Origin: Octopus vulgaris
Lineage: Eukaryota
Assembly: GCA_951406725.2 (NCBI GenBank)
Contig: OX597818.1
Span: forward strand, 80,166,001-80,230,000
Direction of reading: 5' to 3'
DNA: 64,000 bases
Below the pieces are notes generated by a model. It was not told the origin of the DNA, did not search any database, and saw only the letters and a program-made list of their open reading frames with translations. Each line of letters opens with the position of its first letter. The first letter of the stretch is position 1. Position numbers and translations under genes: made by a program. Of this stretch, positions 40,307 to 54,250 are shown piece by piece.

Positions 40307-43300
40307 TGTAATGCATAATTAAGAAAGAATGAAAGGTGGATTTCATATTGAATACTTCCATTGGTGATGAATATCACAAGTAGACTTTTACAAATGATAT
40401 GATGACAAATATCTTATTATCACAGCAGATTCTGACTTTTAGAATAATGTACAAAGGTGCAGGTGATAACATAGTTCTTAAATGTACTTGTGGTTAATAC
40501 AAAATAGATAACAATGCCCTTAGTTTCTATCGGTTCATAAGTTACAGAGCTTAATTTGTAAATGATGTCCATATATGGTATGGTATAGTGAGATGCACTG
40601 GAGGGAGGGGAGATGATTAATAAATGTAGCCCAAATAGATTATTTCTTTTCTAAAAGAACTAATTAGGTTTATTTTTATGTTATTTTTTTGTGGGTTTTT
40701 TCATGTAAACAAACTGTTCTAAAGGAATTGGTATAAATTAGATATATTTTTTTATCTTTTATTTGTTTCGGTTATTGGTCTAAGGTCATGTTGGGTCATA
40801 GCCTTGGATGGTTCAATCAAACAAATCAACCCCAGTATTTATTTTTTTTAAACATTGATAATTATTCTATCAGTGTCTGTTGCCAAAAATGCATGGTATC
40901 AGTGACATAAACAAACCAACACTGGTTGTCAAGCAATGGTGAAGGAGAAACACAAGCACACATATTAGATAGGTAGACAGACAAATAGATAAACAGACAG
41001 ACAGACAGATAGATAGATAAATAGATAGATAGATAGATAGATAGATAGGTAGGTACATAGGTAGACAGACAGACACATGATGGGCTTCTTTCATCTTCTG
41101 TCTACCAAATCCGCTGACAAGGCTTTGGTTGGCTGGGGCTATAGTAGAAGACACTTACCCAAGGTGCCATACAGTGAGAATGAACCCACAACTATGTGGT
41201 TGGGAAGGAAACTTCTTACCACACAGTCACACCTTAATAAATGCCACATCATATCAACATACAGCTCTTCTGTGGTTTTCAGTTGTTATAATCTGTTTCT
41301 CACGCCCCCTCTCTCTCTTACTCTCTCTTCAGAGAGAAAGAACCAAATCTCTTTCTGATTCATTCTACTCCATCCCTCTAATTCACCTCATTTTGTTCTT
41401 GAGCTGAAAGTATGTGTTAAAACAGATTTTGTATCTCAGAAGGAAATTATGCCAATAATGAATACACAGTGCTTTGATTGACCCACCAAATGATCAATTA
41501 AAAGTCAAATACTTAACTACTTGACTAATAATGATACTAAAAATAATCCTTTCTACTGATGCATGGCCTGAAATTTAGGGGAACGGGACTAGTTTACCTC
41601 AAACCCAGTGTTTCACTGGTACTTATTTATCAACCCTGAAAGGCTGAAAAGCAAAGTCAACCTCAGTGGAATTTGAATTCAGAACATAGCAATGGACAAA
41701 ATGCCACTCAGCATTTTGCCCAGCATGCTAACAATTCAAATAATAATAATGATAATAATAATTCATCCTTTTAAAAACAACATGAAATGACAAAACAGGT
41801 TGATACAAAGGATTTTAAAATGTATAAATAAAATAACAAACAAAATTAAACACCTAAAACTGACAATAGGAGGAGGTGCTTTAAGGTTACTCATGGAAAA
41901 ACCCATAAAAGCCATGGGTGTCTGACCAACAGAGAAAGAGCCCTTCTCCTTTTTTTTCTTTTTTTACACAGGCACATGCTTAAAATGGATCCATTCACAC
42001 TGGCCATTTTCCTGACATTCACCCACCTTTCAACAAATTTGCTAGAAGGCAGCACTTCCCTCTCCACCCTCACTTTCCTTTTCCGTTTATGAGGCCTTGG
42101 CCAAAGAGGAAAATGTCTGTCTTTAGCCCTTTCAAACGTTCCACCACACTACCTCTTTTGCTACAGCCTCCAGGCAAATAAAAATTGCCTGGCAAAGGGA
42201 GGGCAGTGGGGTAAGATTCACTATGGATTCAGGTGATAGCCGAATTTGTTCTACATGCAATAATAATAATAAATAAATACCCTGATGCAGTACCAAGCAC
42301 TGGCTCTCATGGCTTCTGATCTTAACTGATTGGAAGTGTTATCATGTACATGCTTTGAATAAAAAACGGACTACAATAAATATTTGGCTCAATACCACAG
42401 ATTTGCTTGACAGTTGCTTGACTTTAACCAGTTGAGAATGCTCCTTAGTGGCTGACGATATGTACATCTCTGATTACTAGCAGAAGCAGTGGGGGATCAT
42501 CATAGCCATGTGTTGAGAGAAATTCTTTGGAATCTAAATAATTCACCTCTGGAAACATGGGTGTTTCATTCAACATCCTTAAACAAGCCTTATTCAAGGA
42601 ACATTTGCATGAGATGGGCCACTCAACCTGATGTAAATTCTAACTGGACCCCACCTGCAAGGTCATATGCTGTTTATTTTGATATGAAATCATCATGTCA
42701 CACACATATGGTCGTGATGCATGTGCCTGGTATACCCTTATCAAATGGGTAGTCATGATGGGTATAATATTTTACCCTAGTGTCACTTTGATGGCATGCA
42801 CTGCTCTCTCACTCACTCAATAATAATAATAATAATAAAAGAAGTAAAATAGAACTAGCACAACAAAGATCGTGAGGTGACAGAATCGTTAGCAAGCCGT
42901 ACAAAATACTTAGATTTCTTCAGAATTTACAATTTGAGTTCAAATTCCACCGTGGTCGACATTGCCTTTCATCCTTTTGTGGCCAATAAAATAAATATCA
43001 GGCAAACACTGGGATCGATGTAATCGGCTCGCGCTCTAGCAAAACAAAATTTCTGGCTTCGTGCCTATAAGTAGAAAGGCTTATGAAATATAAAATTTTT
43101 CAAACACAAAAAACAATTATTTGTATACAAAGGGAAATAACCTGTACAGGCCTACGGCATAATTGAAGTTACGTCCCTTGGACAGATTAACGTTTTAACA
43201 CGTTATGATTTGTATATTTGAGGCTAATTTTACATTTAGCAGCTAATCTCTCCGATCCAGGTCCAGTACACTATTCTTGAGTTATAATTAATATGTAATT

Positions 43301-43576
43301 CCAGCACAACTTTAAATAAATACGTCCCCGTTTTTTTCTTTTACTCATCAAGGGTTGTAATTCCTCTTTAAAATGCTACTGAGGGAGATTTCGCTGTTAT
43401 TTCTTTCTAATGGGGCGCGTGTGCTACAGGAATATAATACCTGTTTTTTTTTTGTTTTTTTTTACAGTACTAAATCAGAGTAGATGGCTAAAAGCTTGGC
43501 TAATACTCTATTATTATTTCTGTGGACGTACAGAATAGTTTTAATACGAGTTAACTTTGTTATAAAATTAAAACTA

Positions 43577-44110
43577 CAGTAATAACTCACTTTACGAGGG
43601 CCCGCTTTACGGATCATCGGATTTACGAGTTTTATTTTTCAAGCACAAGATCTAAATTTTGAACGAAGTGCAAAAGTTTCTACTACCATAACAAATGCTT
43701 CTGCGTGTTACTGAGAAATTTATAGAGAGTGAAAAATATTTCTAAGCAAACAACTCTAGACTTGTTTTTCAAGAAGAGATCTACGAGTCTGTTTAGGAGT
43801 GCTTGTGAATCGGCGATCGCGTCTACAAGTGATGGTGTGCACGAGTCTAGTGCACACCATCACTCAGGAAATGATTATAATAATAAAAAATTTTTTATAA
43901 ATGATCTTGACATTCTTTTTACTTTACATAAAATATTCTTTACATTCTACTGTTGTTTTATTGTCATTTACTTACGAGTATCACAAATTTTATGGGTAAC
44001 ATATTCTTCTAGAAATGAATTACGATTTATAACATTGCTATTATGGGAAATTACTGCTCTGCTTTACAAGTTTACACTTTACGAGCGATCTCCGGGAACA
44101 AATTAGCTTG
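43577..44110 (+). mobile_element. Tigger/pogo-type deleted element
   Basis: TA|CAGT start, repeated TTTACGAG subterminal motifs, KQTTLDLFFKK resembling Tigger transposase C-termini. Confidence 0.55.
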
Positions 44111-44829
44111 TTTTTAGGTGTTCTTTTTTTTTTTTTACCTTTCTTTGTCTTGCAAGTATTTGATGACCCTATCAGTGCAGGCGCCACTTAAAAGTACCCA
44201 GTCCACACTGTAAAGTGAATGGTATTCAGAAGGGCAACCAGCTGTAAAAACCATGCTAAAACTGACCTTGCCAGTGCTTGTGCCATGTAAAAAGCACTAA
44301 GTCCACTCTGCTGAGTGCTTGGAGTTAGGAAGGGCTTCCAGCTCTAAAAACCATGCCAAAACAGTCACAGAAGTCTGGTGCAGGCTTCTACCTAGCCACC
44401 TCTTGTCAAACCGTCCCACCCATCGAAGGCAGACTTTAAATGATGATGATGAAATCGAGGCATTACTGTAGCTTTAAATACAACAATTGTTAATTTTATA
44501 TGGTAAGCATTCGGAAAATACAATCTTTTATTCTTCTCTTTGTTTCAGTCATTGGACTGCTGTCATGCTGGAGCACTGTTGCTTCGAAGGGTCTTAATCA
44601 AACAGATAAGGTCCAGTACTTATTCTAGTAGCCTTTTATGCCAAACTGCTAAAGCACAGGCATTTAAGAAATAACATTACACTGGTTGTTAAGCAGTGTG
44701 GGAGGGGGAAACACAAAAAGACACACATATGTGATAGGTTTCTTTCAGTTCTGTCTACTAAATCTGCTCACAAGGCCTTAGTTTTGGGGGTTTTTTTTTG
44801 CATTTTTGACATACATACTCTGCCTTTAT

Positions 44830-46010
44830 TTGAATTAATTTTGAAACATCTTTCCTCTCACAATATAGAAACTTTCTTGTGGCTCCAGCCAACAAAATGG
44901 AAAAGGCGCTTCCCCAGACGATAGCATGGGAGATGTGCTGGAACAACCATTCTGACTTGTAGAGCTCTCTCTTGTGGACAGACGCGTCCGACTTGATGGC
45001 AGTGAGTAGGGATATGGTCCTGAGGCCAAAAATGCTGGAGGTCTCCCCTGCCACAGGCTCTAACGATACCATGACAGTTTGCCTTTCTCAGCCTGACAAG
45101 CAGTGGAACCTGGGCTGGTAGCTGACAACACCATGTTATTGCTGGAAAAGGTGTCACAGCATGTGGTATCCCAGATAGAGGGCCACGGAACAAGAAAATT
45201 GTCATAGTGTCCGGCCTTTTATAGTCCTTTCAGTCTAGCCCTACTGGCTTGAGCTGGGAAGAGTAGCCTGTGGCATCAAGGCCTAGCATTTTGATCTTGT
45301 TAAGGGTGGCATGACTTGGAAAGCGACCAGCAATACGAGGGCATCATTGGTTGGAGGCTGAAAAATCTACAATAGATCCACAATAGCATTTATAAGGCTC
45401 ACAGATCTGCAGGCCAAGTGTCAGGGAAATGCTGATGTGCAGGCAGTCACCATTGAGCTGAGCAATGGGACCACATTGAGGTCAAGCTCCACTCTGAAGC
45501 TCAGAGGCTGAGCGGAAACATATCAGACAGTGCTGGTCAAGTCAGCACACTAACTCATCTGTAATCATGCCACACTGGATGGCATTTCATTTCTTTTGAG
45601 AAGACCAGACATCCACAGAAAGGAGACGGGAATAGATGTCAGCAGAATGCAGGTCACGCTGGCTCCATGCCACATAGGCCACCTCACGTTCCTCAATCAT
45701 AGACAGTTCAGTTGTATTGGGAAGAGCCCTGTTAATGAAGACAGCAAAAGGTCACTGATGAGAGAAAAGCTGGCAGGGCTAGTGAGACGAGAGACTGAAT
45801 GTTGAGGCCACCATATTTGATGTAAAAGGTGGCTTGTTGCCATCCAGTGTCATCAAACCAAATGTTGCATATCCCTTCGACGGCCTATTGAATACAGGCA
45901 TCAAGATCCATGAGGAGAGATACATGGTTGTAACAAAGGGCACTGCAGAGGGGTACGCAATAGCTTCAGCATGGTGAAGCAGTTCCTTAACAGGAACAGT
46001 GTTAGGTGAA
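44830..46010 (-). mobile_element. Decayed CRE-clade (RLE-type) non-LTR retrotransposon, 3' region
   Basis: Across frames: LTLGLQICEPYKC, AGRFPSHATLNKI, PDTMT, IWDTTCCDTF and WLFQHISHAIVWGSAFSIL, matching the CRE zinc-knuckle/RLE C-terminal pattern. Confidence 0.65.
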
Positions 46011-46319
46011 AGTTGACTGCCTTCAGTCTGTTCATGAATATTTCAAGATTCATGCCTAGACTTAAGCATGGAGCAGCTTTTTTTCAACAAATTTTATTCA
46101 ACGAAAACAATAACAATATTTAACAAAAACATCTTAAATAATGGTCTAACTTTCTGCCAAGCAAATGGGCAGCAGTAATTGAAGTAGATGGTGAATATGC
46201 TCCAGAATAATCATTTAAAGCCGTTTTTGTTTTATGTTGTTATTGTTTTTGTTGAATAAAATTTGTTGAAAAAAAAGCCGCAATAATTATGCACTAACCC
46301 AATATATTATCCAAAATGT

Positions 46320-47950
46320 ACAGTATTATATATCCATCATGATTGATCTTAGCAATCAGTTTCATGCAAGGAATACAATGGAGTGTTAGGTAAAAATCCG
46401 ATTAAATAACCTTATGCTCGTCAGAGTTAGCCAAAATGGAAGGGAATATGGCAATTGCTCTCTATTGTCAGAGGTGGTTTGCAGTTGCTGTGAAAAAGAT
46501 GGTGAAACAAAAAAGGGCCAGGGCATTAGGTTAGGTATTATGTCCTTTGGTTGGGTATGTTGTAAGGCTGGTAAGAGTTATCTTGAAGTGTTTGTGGGGA
46601 AAGTGTGCATTATTAAGGGTGGTGCTCCTGTGGGGATGGGGTGTGTAATAGGTGTAGTGGTGTCATATACATGATTTTTTCCTAAGGTGTAGGTATATAT
46701 AGTTGTGTTTGTTGGTCTGTTTTCTTTCTGTATGGGTTAAGGCTGTGGGGTGTTTTATGTTAACATGCAGTGTGTAACGTGTGTGGTGGTCTATATATGT
46801 GTGAAGGAGTATATGTTGGGGGGGGGGAGACAGTCTATTTTGTGGGATGTCCACCTTGTAGGGGTGTGTTTGTGTACATGGGTGCATTGGTGTGTGCTCT
46901 GGTAAAACGCTTTACCAGGTCCAAGGGTATTGATGGAAGGTCAAGGCCAGGGACCTGTGGTTAGAGTCATGGTAGGATTGCAGGTACAATAGGATGTAGT
47001 TCCTTTCATGTGGACAAGGATTAAACACTTCACTCCTGCTATTCAGGTAAATATTTGTGTGTTGGGTACCCTTTAAAATTGCTTTCTTCTCAGCCAGGCA
47101 CAACCTGCACTTTCTGCTGCTATTGAAGTATGGTTTGCATTTCTCCAGGATCTCCCACTTTATGCCATGGTGCTTTCTTTCAAAGACCAAACGTGCTTTG
47201 GCTAGGGTTGTGACATTGCATCTCTCTGGGATTTTGATGAAGGACTTGTGGTTGTTAAAGCAGGTTCTGAAGGGGCTTTTCATTGTCCCCACATACATTC
47301 ACATGCTCAGTCACCCATTGGGTCCTATGTCTCTTACCTCTGCTTTGTATACAACTGTCTCCATGTTGCAGTGGCAGTTCAGCAGACAAGTTGAATTACC
47401 CCTGCATGAGCATCCTGCCTCTGCCTCAGGTATAGGCTTACCTACTAAAATCTTTTTTACAGTAGGTGTACAGTTAAAGGGTATGTCTATTAAATATTTT
47501 GTCAAATCTATTAGTACAGGGAAAGTGTTTATCAACTAAACTAAGGAAATTCTTATGTACTCTGGTCAAAGCACTTAAAGAGAAGGGTGGCGTAAACCAC
47601 AACACTTTCCAGTGGTGCTAGGGTCTAGCATGTAACTAATACCATCCTTGAAACTGCTGGCAGCCAGAGCCTGGTTGTACTACGGGGTAGCAGCATCAAA
47701 GATCTCTTTGCTTGAAGATAAGCTGGAGATTCCCCTGCTGACACTCTTAAGCAGGTTCCTGAACACTATAGCTGGATGGCAGGAACCTGTGTTAATGTAT
47801 GATAGCTTCTCATTTGGTTTTCTAAAGGGCCTATAGGTACGGTATTCCACTTTTTGTGAAAGCTACAAAATTATCACAGAACTGTTACTCAGTTGTCTGA
47901 CAAACAGGAACTTGAAACTTATCACTTCTGTGATAGGTATATACTCTACC
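46320..47950 (-). mobile_element. Penelope-like element remnant (RT thumb + GIY-YIG endonuclease + pLTR)
   Basis: VLWFTPPF, CSCRGNSTCLLNCHC...VVYKAEV, YVGTMKSPFRTCFNNHKS, IKWEILEK...CRLCLAEK...LNSRSEVFNPCPH. Confidence 0.88.
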
Positions 47951-48394
47951 TTTAGTATTCGAGTACTATTTTTTTTACCTTGTTTTGCACTTATGTGCTC
48001 AAGTGTGTGTGTGTGTGTGTGTAGTTTGCATTTGAAGTGTATAAATATATTTTGTTTGCATCTGTAATTACATTTTCAGTCTTAATTTAAAAAAATTTTG
48101 AAAGTATAGTATTCTAAATTTTCAGTGTGAAACAGTACAATATTAATCGTTTCATTAAGACAAGCTAGCAGAATCATTAGCATGCTGGGTAAAATGCTTA
48201 GTGGTGTATCATGTTTCTACATTCTGAGTTCAAATTCTGCTGAGGTCGTCTTTGCCTTTTATCCTTTCAGGATCATTAAAATAAGTGCCAGTTGAGCTCT
48301 GAGGTTGTTGAAAATGACTTACAGCCTTCCCTGAAAATTGCAGCTGTGTGCCAAAATTTGTAACTAAATTGAAACTGTTCATTGTGCAATACCA

Positions 48395-49160
48395 AAGGAG
48401 GGCACCGTTAATCGAAAAGCTAACTTTGTTAAGCAAAAAGTTAACTTGATAACCATTAATCAGTTAATTCTTTAAAAATGTAACAGAAGTTATCGATAAA
48501 CCGTTAACATTAACTTTTTATTATAGAAAAAAACAAAAAATCAGTTTTTGCTCTAAAACCACCTAAAAAAACACCTTTAAAAAATGCCAAAACTATAAAA
48601 TCAGCCTTTTTTTTTTTACCCTTTTAAGGGCTTTAGAACCCTTTTTTTTTCTTTAGAGTTAAAAAATGCTGATTTTATAGTTTTAACTTCTAAAAGGCTG
48701 ATTTAATAGTTTTGGCCCTTTTTTAGGTTTTTTTTTAAAGACTTTTAGAGCCAGAAAAGGGTAAAAAAAAAAAAAACTCAAATGAAACACAATATTAGTA
48801 TTAAACTAAAAAAGTTTATTGATAAAGTGGCTGTAAAAAAATAAAACACGATACATACATAATCTAATTTTTCCTCTTCTTCTCGTCCACTTTGTTCATG
48901 AGATGCATGTTACCCTTCATGAAAATTAGCATGTCATCTGCATCCTTGCTGGCCACTAGGTTGAAGGGAGACATACTCCAGCTCCCACTCGTCCACAGAT
49001 CCCACCAACAGGGTAGCCTCAGCAGCAACATCAGGGTTGGTGTCCACATCCTGAGCCACTGGCAGATCTGGCAGTGTCAGCCTCTGCCCCAAACTGGACA
49101 AAGGCCTTTACAAAGTTGCTACCATTGTCTGTGGTAGTCCTAGAATAGAAAGACAATCTG
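48395..49160 (-). mobile_element. hAT transposon remnant (internally deleted)
   Basis: TTTDNGSNFVKAFVQFG on the minus strand at about 49090-49138 after a CTAG acceptor-like site; repeated GTTAAC/GTTAAT subterminal motifs near 48400-48520. Confidence 0.6.
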
Positions 49161-51069
49161 AGTTTTTTTTTTTAAATTACAATTATGAAATATTACAATT
49201 GATATGTGTGTGTAAGTGTAAAGATATGTTCTTTATCAAATGTATTTAATAATTGAATGCATTTATGAACTGAAATTCGATTTTCAAAGTACTTTTTTTA
49301 TAGCTTTTAAAAATATATAGACTGCTCTTTTTTTATACAGCTTTGGCTACTCTGAAAACCCGAAACGAATAAGTAAATGCCTAATGACCTAAAAGCGAAA
49401 ATCGCCAAAGAAATTATAATACAATGCAATTATTTTGACATATATCACTTTTTGTTTTCAGTAAAGAACGTCTTATTTTCAGCAATAGTGGTACTGTAAT
49501 AAAATAACTAGAAGGATAGTCGAGAAATCCAAACAGAAATTTATGGTATCTATAAATGATAGCCTAAACATTTACTTTTTCGTTTCGGTTACTCACGATA
49601 ACCAATCATATTTTTATATTCAATAAATGTCATTGTTAAAGATTTCGTATAAGGAATGTTTCTTTTACTATGGTGCTCTACAACGCCAGCACCACAGCAA
49701 AGGAAACATTCCTTATACGAAAAAGTATATATTTGAAAGTAATTACAAACTGAAAACTCATTTCGAAATGAAAGGAATGCCTTTCCAAAGAAATGTTCTT
49801 TTCAATTTGCAATTACTGGGGGACTAGTCGATTACATCGACCTCACTGTTTCACCGGTACGTAATTTATCGACCCCGAAAGGACGAAAGCAAAGTCGACC
49901 TCATGACATTTCATAAGTGATTTTTAAACTTTTACATATTCGTTTCGCTTACTCGGAATTCTCAAGTCTATTTTTGCACTTTCCTGGATCTATACGCTTT
50001 CATTACCAATCACACAGAAATATGTATCTAAAAACCAAAGATTTGCCTTTAACTCGGCTTAATAATTGTAAAGTCCATGAACATGAAATTTAAATCAATC
50101 ACACACATTTTACGATTTCTCGTTGACTGAATCCGAAATGTGGCGATTAAAACTGAACGGTTTGTTTACCTATCAAATACAGCCGGTGTAACTTCCGTTC
50201 AATTTGTCATTTTATTCAAAAGATTTCCATATAATTCCCTACAAAAAGACGGGATAGGTATGATTGGAGCGCCGTTCATAATAACTATGTTAGTTCGATA
50301 ACAGCAACGATAAAACTTTACACAATGTTGCATTTCCTTTAGAATATCCTTCGTCTCAGAAGATTTTTACATGACTTCTTCCTGAGAAAACTGCAACTAG
50401 TCTAAACCATTCCTTTTCCACCCAACTTCAATCTTTTAAAGTTATTTTACTAGTTTATTTATTACCTTGTTAGAAATGGTTTAGATGGATTGTTTCGTTT
50501 TTTGCAAAACTACAAATTGACACATCGATTGGATTTTCTCATAAGTTTATGAAAACTGCACATTTTTTTTAAATGGCTTTTTCCGAGATATTCGACAGCG
50601 GAGATTAAGTAACCTTGTTAAAATTTAGAAGACAAAAATGTGTGGGATAGTTTCGGATCGTTCTTCTCAATCCCGTCCCGATTTTTTATTGCTACAAATT
50701 TCCGTAACTGTAATGTTTTTCGCCCCACTTTTTTTCTTTATGCAGTGGTTTAAATTATATTCTTTTTTAACAGTTCTCTTATATTAAGTAAATTGTGTAG
50801 GAAAACAAGAATGACCACAGTAATGTTTGAGTTTTCATATATTTTATTCACCCACATCGTGTACATATAATTGATTTAACAGACCAACGTTCATGGAACA
50901 GCAATCATAATACTATCTTCTGTAATTCAATATGCTATTTAAAACAGTATAATAATTATTCGTAGTTATTGAAGACAAAATAAGTAGAAGTAATTAGTGC
51001 CTGTAATCAATATGCGTGATTCGACATTACAATGTAAGGTCGGGCACCGTTCGTCGAATATAACATATA

Positions 51070-52338
51070 CGAAGGGGGTACCCAAAAGTAACCGGAAACG
51101 TTCTCTATGGGACAAACTAGTCGTGGTTCAGACTGCCGCTGCTAGAAGCCACTTGATGCGACCCTCAGGCCTCAGTTCGATGTCGTCATATGATGTCGTA
51201 CTGTCACGTGGTGCATCATTGTTTTGCAGTGCTTCTCCCCTGTTCGACGATTTTTACAATGGTCGAAACGAAAGAACAGCGTGTTTCTGTGACATTCTGT
51301 TTTCTACCGGGGAAAACAGTTGTCATGCTTCAATCAGCTTACAAAGACGCTACCATGAGCAAAACACAACTTTACGAGTAGTTTACACGCTTTAGGAATG
51401 GTCACTTGTTAGTTGAAGATCAACCTTGTTCAAGGCGACCGTCGACCTCTCGAACGAATGAAAATTCATGAACTGATATTGGAGGACCGTCGCCGAACAA
51501 TTGACGGACTTGTTGATATGAGTGATGTGTCCTGGAGCTCCTGCCAACGAATTTTGAGCGAGGAATCGCGAATGAAATCAGTGGCAACAAAATTTGTGCT
51601 TCGCTTGCTCACGGAAGATCAAAAGCAGTGACAACTGAATGCGTACCGTGAACTGAATGAACAGTTGGAAGTTGATCCTGACTTTTTCGAAGGTCATCAC
51701 TGGTGACGAAAGCTGGTGCAACGGCTGTACCCGGAAACGAAGTAGCAATCAAGTCAATAGAAGCATTCAATGTCACCAAGTCCCCAAAAAGTGCGTCATG
51801 TGAAGTCCAATGTCAAGACGATTCTGATTTGTTTCACCGAGACAAAAGGAATTGTCTACAAAGAATACGTTCCTCTTGGTCAAACTGTTAACCAGACATT
51901 TTATTTAACGTTCCGAAGCGTTTGCGAGACGCGGTGAGATGAAAATGCCACAACCTGTGTAAAAATGGCTTCATCATGACAATGCGCCTACGCACACCGT
52001 CTTGAGTGTGAGACAGTTTTTGACCAAAAATGGCATGATCCCGCTTACCCACCCTCCCTATTCACCCGATCTTGCTCCCTGTGACTATTTTGGTTCCCCC
52101 AAATGAAAAATGTCCTTATAGGAATACGTTTTGTACATGTGGAAGAGGCGAAGAAAAAAACTATGGAGGCGTTAAAAGGCACTTTGCAAGAGTTCCAGGA
52201 CTTCTAATAGTAGAAAGTGCGTCTGGACTAATGCATTGTTTCAAATGGAGAATATTTTGAAGACAATAGTGTAAACATGTAAAAGTAAGTGAATAAAATG
52301 ATATTGCAAAATTCCGGTTTCTTTCGGGCATCCCCTAG
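51070..52338 (+). mobile_element. Near full-length decayed mariner (DD34D-type)
   Basis: About 1.27 kb, imperfect TIRs with TA flanks; ITGDESWC, HHDNAPTHT and PHPPYSPDLAPCDYF motifs with frameshifts. Confidence 0.92.
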
Positions 52339-53269
52339 TACTTGTTAAGCAAGAAAATGTGAAAGAGGGCGTGAGACCAATTCACTGGGCAGATGGATAT
52401 AAATTTCATGTGGATTGCTGTGTGGATCGAATCTGAAATGGAATTCGTCATCTTTTTATAACCGTAAGCTAAATTTTCAACAACCTTCAACCAAGTTATT
52501 TGGTAAACTCGTAAACTTCACTTGAAGAAGTTCGCTGCAGTGCTGATGGTCGAAACATATTCTTATAGGTGTTGATTCTTTTTATGGCATATTTTTTTTT
52601 GTTTTAATTGTAGTATAGTAGGTCGCGGTTCCGAACTGAGAAAAACTGAGAGCTATGGTTCAAAACCCAGCTGGAACCTCGCTGCAACACTAATACTATA
52701 TACTCTACAATCTCAAAAACGTATTTTCGCCAATGCCATTTAAAAACATGTATTTTAAAGATTTATCAGAAAACAAAGTCAGGGTGTAAAAGAGAATGAT
52801 CCGAACTTCCTTCGTTAAAGTATCACAACTAACAGTGTTTTTAGTGAGACACAATTTCTAGGTGGCGCCAGCGAAGGTTAAAGAGATCCTTCTCCCTTTG
52901 TGCTAGAATTATCCTTATAAAGATGATCTCTGACGTTTCGGGGATATAGATTAAGTTATTTTGATAACATTTAGAAGACAAAACTTTGAAAAGTAGTTTT
53001 GAATATTTCTTTCCTATTCTATCTCGATTTTCTTGCCACCAACTTTAGTGTTTCCACTTTTTTTTTCTTTTTACAGATTATATTTAGTGTAATGGGTTAT
53101 CGTTTATTCTTCTTTGGTGTATCACAATACCAGGTGGACTGCATGGAAAGACAAGAATGACCACAATAATATTTATTTGAGTTTTCGTATATTTTATTCA
53201 CCTACATAATTTATATTTAGATGTGTACATATAAATAAGTTTATGGGACCTATTCTATTTTTAATGGAC

Positions 53270-54250
53270 ACCCCTTAAGAATTTCTTTTTGCTGTGCATT
53301 TAGAGTAAAGAAAATATTATTAGGTAAACCCATACATGACACAAAGGGAAGATGCTTATGCAGAGGCAACACCACATGTTCCCTTAACGGCGACTGCAAC
53401 CCAGAGATAGTCGTATATGAGGCAGATGTAATGTTAAAAGGCCCCAATGGACGGTCAAATTCGTAGAAGTACATGGGCGCGACAGAAGGACCTTCTAAAA
53501 CCAGATTCATCAACCACAAGTTGTCTTCCAATATCTAGGAGAGACGTAATTTCATATCCCTAGCATAATCGTTGAAGGTAAACACTAAAGATTACAACAC
53601 CAAGTGGAAAGTTTTAGAGACAAGTAGAAAGTTTGGTGCAAGGCTTATTTTAATAGTAGGAGATGCATAGCCAAGAAGAGAATTATGTTAAAATTTTTCC
53701 ATCACTTGGATATCTACCTAAATTGCAGAAACGAGATTTTTAGTCCATGTCCATATGTGAGAAGGTATATGTTATATAACGAACGCGTTTTCACAGTGAC
53801 AATAATTACTAGGTTCTTCACAATAATGGGAGGACCACACCACGGTCCTCCCATCATCACATCCTGAGAATCCAGCAAAGTTTTTAGCTAAACCATATAC
53901 ACATGAACACACGTATATGTTCCCAAAAATGGAGCTAAAAGTTCTGGAACTCGCCTAATTCCTCTTCCAAACCTTCCCTTTTACACATATTGCACCACAG
54001 CTAATTCAAGTGTTTTAGGGCCAAGAAATATAACCCTCAATAAATCCCTCACTCAATTGTCTCTTTTGACTTCGTTTCTCCTTTTTTCACAGCATCCAGA
54101 AACCGGATCAGGCATTATCTCACCTCCAGTAACAAAGAGCAGTGGGCATATTATTTTTTCTATATCTGATGCACGTGTTAGATAGCCACCCTGTTATGTA
54201 ATATTCGGTGAGAAACCGATTGGTAAGATCGGTTGTAATGATATATAACA
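53270..54250 (+). mobile_element. Penelope-like element 3' remnant (GIY-YIG + pLTR)
   Basis: CLCRGNTTCSLNGDCNPEIVVYEADV, YMGATEGPSKTRFINHK, LNCRNEIFSPCP; homologous to 46912-47535. Confidence 0.82.
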
